Assembly (NCBI GenBank): GCA_050084985.1
Contig: JBITNC010000001.1
Location: 101,060,001 to 101,124,000 of the forward strand
Length of the DNA: 64,000 nt
Direction of reading: 5' to 3'
Source: Nageia nagi
Lineage: Eukaryota > Plantae > Pinophyta
Shown piece by piece: positions 1 to 14,000 of the stretch. How positions within the stretch are numbered: the stretch's first letter is position 1; each line of letters opens with the position of its first letter. The notes under the pieces are model-generated. The model did no database searches and was not told the origin of the DNA. It saw nothing but the letters and a program-made list of their open reading frames with translations. The translations under genes were made by a program, and so were the position numbers.

Positions 1-2940
1 AATGGACTAGCTCTATACTTTGGTTTCACCCTCTCATGAAGGCGAAGATAGCTATGCACTGCTACTAGCTTCTTTGCTCTCTCTAGGGTAAGCATGTTCC
101 TCCTCATGCTGTGGATGAAGCCATATGTGGACCAATTCCTCTCTACAGCAGAGGAACTACCAACCTACAATCAAATTTGTTATTTGATAAAATTAGAATT
201 AAAAACATGAAACATCCAAGTTCAAAGTTCAAACAATTATTCAAATTTGAAATTTCTTCAACTAACCTGAGAAAAAAGCCTAATTGCAAGTTGCCTCAAT
301 TCAGGAGCATCATCCCCATATAGATCCCACCATCCAATGGGATCACTATCCTCCCTACACTCTGGTGTGCTAAAATGAGGACCCCCAAGTCTCGAAAATT
401 GCATGAATTGTTTTCTACGGATGGCAACTTCCTCTGATGTATACACCTTTTTCAAGAACTTCATGAATCCATTTTTCACCTCTGACATTAATAGGTATAT
501 TTTTTCCTTTCTTGAGCACATACCATTTTGGATTCAGAGCATAGGTAGCCATATGCATTGGGGTGTTCATCTTATTCCACCTATAAGAAATTAAAAAATA
601 AAGTTCAAAACTTAAAGCTACAAAGTATAAATTACAAACAACAATAAATCAACATTTTTTATGGTTATCTCTTAATTACAATGGGAAGAATGTAATTTGT
701 ATAAAATGAGGGATCTTTGGCACTAATGATATTTTTTATTTGCTCAACTATGCTGTGAAAAGTCTCATATATTTCTCCTAAATTAGGAGAATCTTTATCA
801 CCATACCTAATGACATCATGGATTGGAGCAATGAAACTTACCATATACCTACAAAGATTAAAAAAACTAAAAGTTAAAAAGCTACATAGTAATATAAACA
901 ATTAATAACAAAAAAAATAAAATTAAAATTTAAAATGAAACTTCAATTACCTAATTTCATCCCACCATCATTTAAGATTTTCAATCTGTGTTTTTCCCTC
1001 ATTTGACTCATTCCTTCCACTTCTTCCATTTTGATGACACTACCATGGATTGGAGTGACTTCTGTAACTCAAGCATCCTCTCCAAAAGAAGCTAATAAGT
1101 GGCATATCTTGTTTCGACAGGTTTGATGAACTCCTCCTTTGAGAAGCAACGAAACAAGGCCATTGAAGTGATGGTTGCAAATAAATAGTTGCATCTTTCT
1201 AACATTTTGAACTATATCCATCACCCATTCTATCTTTCCAATATCTTTCAATGCATTGATTAAAGCATGCACACAACATGAAATCCAATAAATATGTCTA
1301 AAAGTGGACTCTACCAATTTACCTGCTCTCTTACAAATAGGGTTTGCATCTGTAATGACCAACAAGACAACAAAAAATTAAAATTAAAATATTTAATATT
1401 TAAAAATTAAAAGTAAAACAAATCAAATGAAACATTGAAAAGTATAAAATTAAAAATAAAATAGCAAAATAATTTTACCTGCAACACATTGGATGGGCCA
1501 ACATCCTTAATAGCTTGCTTCAAGAGATGAAATTGAAACTCAAAATTCTTTTTCTTCTCAAAGCAATCAATAGCTCGAAGAAAAAAAAAGACCATCTAGA
1601 CATGTAACAATTATATTGATGAATGGATGCTGACAAATGTCAGTCCAACCATCCATCACTATGAAACACCCATTATGCACCTATAATGCTTTCATTGTAT
1701 GCATCATCAAAGAACACTTCGCATATTGTTTCTCCAAAAGACTAGTATGAAGTCTACTCTCCTCGAGAAAAACATATGAAGGCCCCACTTCCCTTACCTT
1801 TTCAAATGCATATTTGAAATAGGGTGACCATGCAAAATGGAAGGGAAGCCCATGTGCATAAAAAAATAAACTCATAGCATCATCAGCAATTTCTTTTGCT
1901 TGTATATTCAATGCATCATTATGTTCTCTCTTTTTCTTGATGGGGGCAATGTAGGACTCGGTAAACTAGAAGAAGCAAGGTGTGTGGAAGAAGATGCATA
2001 TGCATGGGTAGTGGAAGATGATTGGCTAGGAGTAGGGCAGCTAGATGAAGTATTTTCATTTCTTTGTTCTTTTAAATCAGGTTTGGTGGCCATATGCATA
2101 AGCTTTATAATTTCTGCAAGCTAGAATTCGTTTATGTTTGGACACTTTCTCACCCCAAACCCTGTTTTATGTGAGAAGTGTAAATTTAGCCTAGTATCAA
2201 AAATTACAAATTACTTTTTTCCCTCTTCCAGTTGAACTTGAAGTACTTTTTGCCTAAGGATCATTTCTAAAAACTTGTTGTAGAGGTTTTTTGGAATTAA
2301 ATGGTCCTATAGCAAATGGTTTTAACAACATAGAGCTACACTCAAAATTGATTGTGCTAGTATTGCTAGCCCCAGAAGTTTATGATTGTTGAGTTTTGCA
2401 CATGATGCATATTTATGTTTTCATTTTGTATTACAATTTCTTTCTCACTCCCACTTTCATTTCCAGGAACAAAACCCTCACTATCACTATTCATTTTGAT
2501 TTTGGATTCTGAACAAAAAATAAAATAAAATCAAAATGATACTTTTTACAATATTAATTTACAAGTTTAAAATCTAAAAAATTTAAAGAATTTAACAAGA
2601 AAGAAAGAGAAAGAAAATCTACCTTTTTCTCCTCCTTACTATTGTAGTTTTTACTTCTTCACTCCTCTCTTCTTTGTTGTGTTTTTTCTTCTTCACTATT
2701 TTTTGTTGGGGCTACACAAAAAATGAGAATGGAGACTAAGTTTGGAAGGGTTATAGTAAATTTTTAGGGTTTGGGGGGGGTGAGGGCATGAGTGGGACCC
2801 ACCCCCATGTTTTTTTTTTTAAGTTATGGGCTTTATTTATTTTTTTAAATCGCAGGCAAATTTTTTTTGCCATCAGAGCGGCAGTCCCATGCTTTTTTTT
2901 AAGTTATGGGCTTTCTTTTTTAAAAAATCGCAAACGCTAA
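1..2940 (-). mobile_element. Degenerate hAT-superfamily DNA transposon (DUF659/RNaseH-like core plus hAT dimerisation domain) with spliceosomal introns, in HCAR intron 13
   Basis: Fragments LFFYAHGLPFHFAWSPYF, MDGWTD, KDVGPSNVLQV/VITD, YWISCCVHALINALKDIG, GWWDLYGDDAPELRQLAIRLFSQ, SSAVERNWSTYGFIHS; stops and frameshifts; AT-rich introns at about 165-266, 581-668, 849-950 and 1361-1478. Left end runs off the window; right boundary approximate. Confidence 0.88.
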
Positions 2941-2949
2941 CAGCCCATC

Positions 2950-5790
2950 CCAATAAACTCCGGCCAATTCGGAGCATCGGGAGCTGCTCTGACGGCCCGC
3001 TTCGACGCTCTACATCGACTAGAGTGGCTGGAGCGCATCCAAGAAATCCCGAAGCACGCTCCATTGGAACTCTGGTCATCATCTACCCAAAAGGGCCCCC
3101 CTCAGAACTCTCAATACTTACAATTTCGGTTTGGAACTACAACAGGATGCTTTGATCTTCTCCCTACTCAGTTCAAGATATCATTCATCAATTTTATATG
3201 ATACTGTCCTCTAAGACGCGTAGTTGTGGTGCAGGAGGGGTGGGCTTCCTAGTCAGAGATAGTATACTTCATAGGATCCAAATAGAACCTACTGACACAA
3301 ATGCTCATGATATTTGGGTTTCTTTAGCGAGGACCTAACCCCTTTGGAAATTATATATCGCCAAAAGCTACTTTCCACCGACAATCTCGAGCTATGCTAT
3401 TCAGGTACAGGATAGTCCTCTTACCTTGACCTCTTTCCAGAGATTACCAAATATTCCATTTAGGGGGATATTATGTTGATGGGTGACCTCAACGGTAGGA
3501 CAGGGAATTTCCAAACTCAATACTTTGATAGCATTATTAATCCACTACATATACAAGCACTTGAGTGTCCTTTACTATTTCAAAGACATTTAACTCCATA
3601 CCCCCCTCAAGCTACAACAAATTCCTTCTTGAGCTCGATCAGACCCATGATCTTTTGATTCTCAATGGTATTGCTCAATTCCCCAGTCCTGACACTATAC
3701 CTTCTTTTCCTCACCTAGGGGGCTCCAATGTCGTGGATTACATTCTCTCCAGCACCTCACTCATCGCACATCTCCACTCGTTTTGAGTCGCCCCACTTCT
3801 CCCACTTGCAGACCATGCACACCTCACCTTCTTCCTGTTACATCACATCATGCCCACCCCCCCCACTGTCATACACACACCCATCGCCCCTCACTTCACC
3901 ATCCTCTTTGATTCAGACTATGACTCCCTTTACAATAGTATCCTGCAACAGAAACTCATTGGCATACATTCCCTCCCATCAATTGAGGACCAAGCACTCT
4001 TTCTGGCCAATTTCCCATCGTTCAACGGCCCTCCAAGCCTTCCCACACAAAATTAGCCCCCTAGGTCATTGTCCGATGAACCTTTGGTTTGACTCCGATT
4101 GTAAGGATTCCCACCTTTTGATGATCCATTGCACTAGACCTGAGGTCCCCGTCCATCGATCCTATCGCTATCTCCTTAGGACAAAGAAACGTCACTTCTT
4201 AGCCAAAAGGAGATTAGAGATCATTTCTTCCCTCCATTCCAATCCCAAATCATTTTGGTGCTCCTTCCTACACAAAAAACACATTCGAAGTTCCATCTCT
4301 CTTCATAGCTGGAAGGAATATGCCTCTTGCCTTTACACTATCGTCGAACATATCCCACCCATCCATTTCTCGCGACCTCCAACTTCGAATTTCTTCTCTC
4401 CCCCCTCATCCATTCCACAATTTAGAGACTTAACTCCAAAAAAGCCCCCGACATTGAAAACCTCCAAGCAGAGTTTCTCAAACACGCCAAATTCACCCTT
4501 CCCCCCTTCCTCTTGAAGCTTTTCAACAATGTTATCTTCTTAGGTTTTCCATCTACCTAGACCTCCAACATCATCCACCCCATTTTCAATTTTGGTAATA
4601 TCAACGAACCGAGCAATTATCATACCATCATGACTAGTCACAACTTGGCCAAGGTATATGCCACGATCATTAAGGAGTACATTTCAAAGATGGCGGACGC
4701 TAGAGGGTTCCGAACAAGAGGCTAGGTAGGCTTTCGTAGAGATCACCACACCATTGACCATATTTTTACTCTCAAGGCGATTATTGAGGAGGCTGGATTC
4801 TAGAAGTCATTGGTCTTTGTTGTTTTATGGACTTTAGGAAGGCCTTCGACACTATACCACATCATAGGCTTATGGATTGACTTCAACAACTAGGTGTACT
4901 AGAGACCGAACTCTTAGCCATACTGACTTTGTATGAGACTCTCTCTGGTTGTGTCCATACTCCCAAAGGACTTTTGAACAACATCCTTAGCACGATTGAG
5001 GTGAAGTAGGGTTGCCCCCTCTCCCCAACTTTATTTGGCCTTTATATTGATGAGTTGGAGTCTTTATCCTAGACTACCGATCCTGAGTTAGGTTGCCTTC
5101 TCCATGACGACCAAGTACCCATCCTACTTTGTGTTGACGACATTGTGTTACTCTCCCTCTCAATCGAGGGTCTATAGGGCTTGATAGATGCTTTAGATGT
5201 CTTTAGTGCTAGACAGGAGCTTGTGGTGATCCTCAACAAGACTAAGGAAGGTAGTGGCCTTTAATGTATCGAAAGCCACACTAGATCGGACCCAAATCAC
5301 CTTTCATGACAGCATCATCATGACCAACTCCTACACATACTTCGGAGTGCTCTTTTCAGGCCCATGTTCTCCATGAGAGCAACAAACCCACCTAGATTCC
5401 GTAGAGGTTATACAGTGGGTTATCCACCCAAGAGAGACAATGCATCCAATTACACTTTCAGGACAAATTGTCCAAGTTAGAGCTATTCCAGTCATTGGTC
5501 ATACCCACAGTTTTGTATGGGATTGAGGTTTGGGGTACCTACTTGGGATTAACAGATTGGACCATGATAGAGAGGATCTTTGCCACTTTTCTATCCTGTT
5601 CCATTCTGCATAAGAGGACAGTCCCAGACCTTATCATACTTATGGAGTTCAATGGTCAGCCTCTTCAGGTATGGGCCATTGTCTCCATAGTCCTCTTCCT
5701 TTGCCACCTTCAAATTTTATCTGACCGCAGAGGCGATAGAGCTAGAATCCCTGCAAGAGCTTTGGCTTGACAGCCAGGGCAGCATATGAA
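2950..5790 (+). mobile_element. Degenerate non-LTR retrotransposon (APE endonuclease plus RT), RTE/RTEX-like rather than L1
   Basis: APE motifs GGVGFLV, MLMGDLNGRTG, LLILNG, GSNVVDYIL; RT motifs PSNYHTI, GFRRDHHTIDHIFTL, DFRKAFDTI, GCPLSPTLFGLYIDEL, DDIVLL; C-terminal LFQSLVIPTVLYGIEVWG. Multiple stops; boundaries approximate. Confidence 0.88.
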
Positions 5791-6200
5791 TCTACAACAA
5801 TAGATGTAGAGTGAACATTTCCTTTTGCATGGGTCCTGAGGGCCATATTCAAGGCATGACAATTTTCTTGAGGCATTTCAGTCAAATTCTATGTTGCTAC
5901 TAAGCTATTAAAGAATCTCATTGATTGCTGCAACTTTATTTTTCTTTTCATCACATCTGCTCTGTAAAATGCACTCTATTGCAGCTATGTTGACAATTTT
6001 AAATGTGCCACATTTATCTTCTATCAACTTCATTAGACTTTGAGCTTCAATAGTGAATAAATGAGACAAGCTCGTGTAAAATGAGACATGCTAAGACACC
6101 TCAGAATCCATTTACTATCTGTTGACATCATAATCTTTTATGTGCTGATGCAATGCAGGGAATAAGTGGATGCAAAATAATCATTTTTTAAAGAATTTAT
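5790..6200 (-). pseudogene. Highly degenerate PLS-class PPR-like remnant
   Basis: Minus-strand fragments ASTYSLHCIST and SLVAT*NLTEMPQENCHALNMALRTHAKG resemble PPR motifs (STYxxLLQxC; GSLxDAxxVFDEMPQRNVVSWNAMIxGY). Confidence 0.4.
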
Positions 6201-8020
6201 CAATAACTTTCTACATTTCCTTGCTGTTTAGCAGATTGTTTACAGCAGGATCTTTAGAACTCAACAACCCAAACTCTTGTAAAATCCTCTGCTCATGTCC
6301 TCTAATATCATGTTTGTTTTCATTTCCATGTCCCTCTGCAATATCATAACAAGTGATAATCTTTGGTACTAATAAAAGCATACCAATGACATGAATAACT
6401 CTAACTCGACTATCCATTTTGTATCTCTATATTCTGCTTTGTATACTCATTCTCAGTTGGAAGCAATGATATGAATAACAAAGAAGTCTGGTGTTTGCAT
6501 TGGTCCTTTGTCTTTGAGGAAAACTTATATCATTCAAGATTAAACTGGTTTCTTGCTTTACAACATAACAAGATTATGAAGTTGTAAAGTTCCAAGCAAG
6601 AATGCAAAACCCTAGCTGCAAAAGAAACTTCACACAAAACTAAAATATTTTTTTTTTTGTAAATCTGTCTTAATGAAATGACGTACATGCCTGCAATAGA
6701 AATAGAACAACACAGTGGCACATGCATTTGGTAGATGATTACTATTATCCTGCTAATACTCTAATACAATAATTAAATAACCATAGTGCATGGAATTTAT
6801 TAGATCTGACCCCTTAACTGTTACATTTCCTAAGATTGGATGACAAAAACTGTGTTTCAGCAGTTACAAATTCCCTCCCGTGCCAGTAACAAAGCATTGA
6901 ATAATAACTGGATCTTTGACTTGTAACAGTCCTAAACACACCATTAACTAAGTTTAGAGAAAGCCACTTGTAAAAAACATAACAAGCCTTCAAAAGTGTG
7001 ATTATTTTCCCTTCAATATGGACGTCCCTTTTCTAGAGCTTATAAACAACACAAAAAAATGCCAAAATTGCAAAGTTTATGAGTTGATTTTAATTTGGGA
7101 CATTACAGAAGTTCACCTTCAGAATCAAGTGCTTCGAATGTTTCACCCTAAACTTGGAAAATTGAAATTTACAGATTTGCAGGGTTAAGGGTTTTTCCGA
7201 TTCTCAATTTCCTTTTGTGCATAATTCACCTGCAGTGCCATTGTGCCATTGTGCGTCAATTGCTTTTTCTTTATGGGATTACAAGTTTACAAATCTTCGG
7301 TTCTGCTTTGGCTTCATCGGAATCCCCACACTAGTGGACTTGGCCAAATTCACAAAGTATGTTGCATACTCTCATCTTGAAAATTTTCCATGTATTGAAT
7401 ACAAGTTTAGATGATTGGGATTTTAAAGGTTTCTTCAATGTTTATCTGTATCCTTACAGGATATCTCCAATTTCTATGCATTTTAGTCTTTCTGGACATG
7501 GTCAATCAGTTTTTAGAATTTTATTTAGTGGGATCGCCTCTCTAACATCACACCAATATTAGATAGTATTGTTTGCTATTACTTGGCCATTTTAATCTTA
7601 TTTATAAACTTATCATTACAACATTCCGATGTGTATTAAGGATATTTATATCATACTTCTGAGGCTTAGACTCGGAAAGTATACAACTACTCATCCTAGT
7701 ATGGTCATTATTTAAGGTGTGAAATCTGCTGTGGTACCAGGAAAATGCAAGCAGACATCAATATACACTCCCTTGTTAATTAACACATTGGAATAAGGTG
7801 CGAAAATAAAAATTCACCATTCTTAAACATCTTCCATCTATGATGTTTTCGTAGAAAAATGAGAAAACTAACAAATGAGACAGGAACATTAAGTGATATG
7901 CCATGAAAATTTATGACAGTTTTACATCATCTTATATCTATATTTCCCTTGAGTGGTGAAAAAAATAATAAAATGGCACAATTTTCTTGTGTTTCAAGAA
8001 AGCGGGTAAGCATAACTCAC

Positions 8021-8048
8021 TGCTAATCCATTTGTGTAGTCAAAGCAA
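8021..8048 (-). CDS. HCAR: HCAR exon 13 (28-nt microexon)
   Basis: TTGCAG|T TGC...TTA GCA|GTGAGT; [10 protein letters not shown]. Confidence 0.95.
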
Positions 8049-11000
8049 CTGCAACAATCAACACAAAAGCAAATGGAATGTTAGAGAAAGCATGGCATAA
8101 AGAAAAGTTTAAAAACATGTAGCCCATGTATTTACTCGCGGTGTCTAAATATTACCAATGACATTCACATCCTAAGTTCATCAAAATTCTAAACAATTAT
8201 CAAAATGCTCATTCTTAACAATTGTTTTTGGACTTATATCTCTATCATATGCACTACACTCCAGAAATGATGTTACTGACCAGAAAAACAATCAAATGAA
8301 GGAAAATGCATGCAATCAAGGTTTTCTTTATAAAATTTAACTTCAAATTAAAAGCATATCATAAACTTCAAGAGATGAACAAAAAGAATTGACATAAACA
8401 TTATCCAAAGATCTCTTTTTATCATTCAAAAATACAGTTATTATATTACTAAGTTTTATATAAAGTGCACAATTTCTGAAACCTATCTATACAATCAAAA
8501 ATGTATGCTTACAAGCAAATGTTGCAAAGAAGAAATGTGTTTTGAGTAGTTGGCACTTGGCAGTGATCTTGGTTTTGTTGGTGTTTTCCAGTGTCAGTTC
8601 CTTCTATCCAAAGAAATATTCAATTTTGCAAGCTCTTTTAATGATGCATGTGGATGCTTAGAAAAATCAATAGCTATAAATTTGTAGCTGGAATGATTCT
8701 TGTGATCTTAAAGTTATTAAAACTAAACACAGGCAAAACTCAAAATATTTCAGGATAATAAATACAACATGCTCGTAGAAATGCCATAGTAAAAATCTAA
8801 AAAGCTACCTGTAGCAGGAAGGTGCGATGACATCAGTTAATTCATCAGCTGGAAGACAGAAATATGGAACCTGCTTATGTAAATAGAAGGAAAAAATGAC
8901 AAATCCTCACCAAGTAATTAAAATATATACTATATGCAGTATACTAATTCCCATATCAATTTTCACACTTTTTGATTCTATATTATACTTAGAGAAAATT
9001 AAAGTTGGTCCACCTCTTCTATATGACCATCCAAATGCTTCAAATGAACCTGAAGAGAATGAAACACCAATATTAGTTCTTGAGAAATCTATTAAGCATT
9101 CTCCATATAAAAGAAACTAGAAAAGAAACAAAATAATAACAATAGAAAATGAACTTTAAGAATACAATGCAGAGAAAGAAAAGTAGAGAATCTGTATCAT
9201 ATTGTGATGATCCAAAATGCAATTTGGATACAAAATAGGCAAATTTGAACTCAATCACCCTGATGTCAAGCCTAGAGCATCCACAACAAGCATTCAAACC
9301 CTCAAGTTGGCAACATTAGGGTTAGGACATCAATATTCCACATACACAACATTAATATACCCATGTCTGGCTAGAACATGCAATATTCAATCAACAATAC
9401 ACCATAATGCCAAAGTCTAATAAATACAAGCATATACAACAATGATGATCCAACGCATACACAATATGAATAAGCACAACACTAGAATGAGATCCAATTG
9501 CCCTTGGCAGTATACAAATGATATGGAATGTTGCAATACAATACCAAGCCTAGGAGGGCTGGCGTTGGCCTCTCAGGATCCAACTAGAGCAATACAATGT
9601 GTCTCTCACCACTGGAACAATATCGGAACCCTGGGACAATACGCCTCCTCAGAATAAGAATACTCTCCACGAAAGGAGCCCTCCTCAAACTTTGGGTAAC
9701 CACTGAAGGTAGAAGCAATACCTCGGAATACCACCGGATGGGATAAGGTGCTACACCGGTGTCGTAAATAGACTTGTTTGTCCTCTTGACAATATGAAAG
9801 TATAATGATCAAGTATATCCAATTATGAGGCTAACCTTCTTTATAAAACAATTCCTGGATTTGGATCTCACCTAAAAATCACCACTCTAACCCCCAAGTC
9901 CAACGTTAGCCTAAAGATGCCAATAATTACAAGATCCAATGGTTAGATATGAAATGCCTCATTATTGGAGACTAATATTGCATTTACAATTATTAATTGC
10001 CTTGAAATCATGTATTACAACTCATACAAGTGGCCTCCATAAAGCATACTAAATCTATTATTAATTACCAATCTCAAACATAAATATAATCAATAATTAA
10101 CTCTTATCCCAAGGAGTGGGACAGCACATATCAAGGGATCAATATGGAGATGTTTCTGGATTTCAGTGGGCAGCCACGATATGGAAGACTAGTCTAACTA
10201 GCAAACTTCAAAAGACCATAACTCCTTCGTTCTTTGACGAAACCATGTTGTATAACTTGTCAAAACGTTTCCCACAAGATGCCCTATCCAAAGAACAAAT
10301 CAAATCGACTCTCCAAGACCTGTGGCGAACTCTATTCGCAGAAATAGGTACATAAATAAAATATTTACAAAAGGGATATTACACATACTCCTACAAACAC
10401 AACTCTAAAATTCTCCAAGGCTTTGTTGATGTTTCCATAATCACAAAACAAAACACTAATGACGGATATATTGACTTCCTTTATAGATCATCTGAATTGT
10501 AAATCTAAATATGAAAAAAGAGCATGAATTTGTATCTAAAATGATTTTAATAATTTGAGGAAAATATCAAAAGTATTTCCAATTCTCAATTCTCTTTATG
10601 ATCAAGTTCTTGTGACATTTGAAAAAGCTCTCCGCTCGTATTTTGATGAAGCTTCCTTTGATTGCAATGCAAACATTTATTGAGGAGCCAAGGTCATACA
10701 AGCCTTGACTACTATTCTACAAACCTTATGAGCTCAACAAGATAGTCATTTCGAACTTAATTCATCAAGGAAGACATTGCAAACATTTGAAAACAAGTCG
10801 AAGTCCATTTCACACCACATTGAGTTTCAAGTCAAACTGGAACAAATGCACATGAGATTCAAGACCTCCAACTCATTCGATAACCCCTACAACTTTCAAA
10901 TCCACAAAAAGCCCTTAGACCAGGATCACCAACGATCCTATATCAAGCCTACAAAATCAACAACACTCCTACTTTTGGAGTGTTTTCACCCCTTGAGAGT

Positions 11001-14000
11001 TGCAATACCATCCTGAGATGATTTGTAAGATTTAAATGACCTCAGTTCCTCCATTTTAGGTATTTCATGCATATTTTGAACAATTCTTTCATTTCAGATT
11101 TGGTTTTGGACACTAATCTATGGGGAAAAACTTGATCATCATCAAGGTTGATCCTTACTCCTACAAAATTCAAGACAAGTGTCAATCCCCGCAAAACAAT
11201 TGAATTTTCAGGTATATTTTGGAGAGGCTTTCACAACACTTCTCAAAGAGTTAGATCCATCCATAACAAGTGCACAAGTATTGTTATTCATGTTTCATGT
11301 TGTCCCATGCTAGATCTAGGACTTCTAGTCTTGGCATTGCTATTTGTCATAGATGTCTTATGTGCCCTAGTTTATGAGTTTGTCATATTGCTATATCATA
11401 TCTTCTTGTCAATTTGTATTTAGCATTCATAAAAGTAGTTTATTTGTAGATTAAATATTGCAAAAGCATTTTATTTTTGTCTACAGTACGAATATTCTCA
11501 ACAATCATCCTACTACTCAAGTTGTCAATAATTTTTTTCAGAAGTGATGTCTAAACTTGAAAGGTTGGGTTTGGGTGATTATGTTGAAGAGATGCATGTT
11601 ATTGTTGCTGACAATACTATTATTGTTGATGGGGACAGGGAGCCTTCTAGTTTTAAGAAGGATAGCAAGAAGGTGGCTTGGAAGGAGCACATGAATGAGG
11701 AGATCAGCTCCATTATGATGTTTTTTGGCTTGAGTGACCTTTTGACGATTTGCAAATTGAACAGTTCCAACCTATTTTGCTAAACAATGCTAACCAGATT
11801 ACTCTGAAACTGATAAACAAACCTATTTATTATGCCAAAACAAAATACATCAATGTTTATCACCACTATATCCAAAAGCTAGTAGATCACAAAGAGATTT
11901 TTCTTCATTATTCTGCCACACAAGAACATACTGTAGACATTATTACAAATAGCAATGACATGCTTCTCAAGTTCAAAGATAAACTTGTTGTTTATCTAGT
12001 TTGTTTAAGAATATAGGGTATTAATTTAATAATGAAAACATGTTTTTATTTAGTTAGTAAAAAGTGTTTATTAGAATTTAGAACCCATTGAGATCATTTG
12101 TACTAGCTCTTGGATCTCACTTTTGTATTTGACATGTGTAGTAGATGAATAATATGAACATAATAGCTCACATTTGTGAATTTTAGAACCTGCTGAGCCC
12201 ATTTTTCTAGTAATAACTATTAGACAGTTCAATACGAGTGGATTTGAAGCCTTTGCAAATGAGCTAGAGGATACCTAACTTGAATGCTTAGTCCATGATT
12301 TCCTTTTTAATAAAATTGTGATACATGTTTGAATAATCCTTCAGAGCTAAGTACCATATTTTTTGTAAAATTCCACCCGAAGAACATTGGGACCATGTGA
12401 TGTCAATTTTCACTTCCTTTGAAGGTTGTTGCCAATTCTTCCTGCTCAACATCTTAGAGAGATAGCTACACTCAAAGATTGCAACCATTTGGAACATCTA
12501 TGCCTGATACACATAGTTTCAAAATGAGTCTAAAAATGACTGCAAATTTCAAGAAAGATGTCCATTTACATTTTGAAATCTATAATCATTTTGCATTGAT
12601 ATTTTCACTTTAAGCCCAGATAAGGTGCTTTGAATATTTCAACACTAGCAGAACTAGAATTCAAGCATGTCATATTTCAAAGTCTATGCAGAATTTGACT
12701 AATCCTGTACAATAAGGACTGTAAAAATCCATGTTTTAGAGTCAACTTTTCTTCACAGATTGAATTGTCAAAAGACATTGCAGGCACAACATTCATCATT
12801 CGAATGACTCAAGAAAATTAAAAAAATCCACAGTCAAACAGAAAAGAAGCCCCTTTACCAAATGTTCTAATACAAGGCCTACGCCAACCTATTATAAAAG
12901 TATAAGCTCTTCTCTTCCTGTATAAGGTACCGCTTTTTCTCTATAATATTCATTCACTTGAAGTACTTGACCCATTTTACATCACAGCACTTACAAAACT
13001 TACATATGGCAATGCACTATCAACTGAGGCTGATGTGTATACTCAATAGTCGGTTGCTTACTTGCTTTTGTTCATTCTAAGCATAATATTTAAAAACTCT
13101 GGTATAGTGCAATTAGTCACAATTCACCATTTAAATAGAAGTTTTAAAGAAACCTTTGATGCAGTACAATTGTAATGAATAGGCACTTAAAATAGAACCA
13201 TGAAACATGGAAAATTCGAAATATACAATACTTCATACTAAAATGAGTAAAATTTCATTAAATTTACAACAAATATGTATATTCCTAATGCCATCTTCTA
13301 TGTCGATAAATTTGGTTGTTTAGGTAACTTTTCTTCATGGCTCCTTTGGTTTGACATATTTGATAAGCTTTGATGCAAATGTATGAGATAGATCATATGA
13401 TGTGAATGTGGGAGATCACATCTTATGTGAGCATGTTATGTTTGGGAGACTTAGTATTTGTTTCTTTATGCACATCTTTTGTAATCATGATGGGGAATAT
13501 TATTCTTTACACCTTGTTTCTCTTCATTTGAGAGAGATTTGTTGGTGATTGGTTCGAGTTCTTTATTTGTGGAGCTTTCATCTTTTTTGAAATTATCTAT
13601 GTTGAATAAAATGCTTTCTTCATGGTTTCTTGGAGGAGATTTGGTTGCACTTCATTATTCTTGGACTTCATCTACTACTCTTCTTGTTTGGATGGAGACA
13701 CTTTTGCAAATGCTCTTGTAAAGAAGACTTATGTTGCAGCATTTCTACCCCTTCAAATTAAAGAGGGGCACATTAGGCTTAATCCTTGAGGCAGATCTTT
13801 TGAAAAGATCATTTATTTTTGTTGGTGAAGAATGTTCTACCCATCTTGAGGCACATCTTTGTATTTTCATTGTTTTCTTAATCTCTTTTGGATTAAGGGC
13901 AGAAATGTTGGAAACCGAATCCTTAGGGATTAACGTTGATTGTGAATATTAATTAGATTTAGGTGTGTGAGTGTGGAAGTATTTTATATTTAGTATTTTC

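Noticed and set aside
5765-5880. Cys-rich minus-strand peptide (SCLEYGPQDPCKRKCSLYIYCCRFICCPGCQ) suggesting a defensin-like gene
   Set aside because: Preceded by an in-frame stop with no start or clear acceptor; an alternative frame reads as a PPR motif, and it runs into the LINE end.
1-8020. Remaining HCAR exons (DLVxGYMGVPKY... to the C-terminus)
   Set aside because: Searched by eye on the minus strand and not found; they presumably lie left of the window, so the gene is not called truncated.
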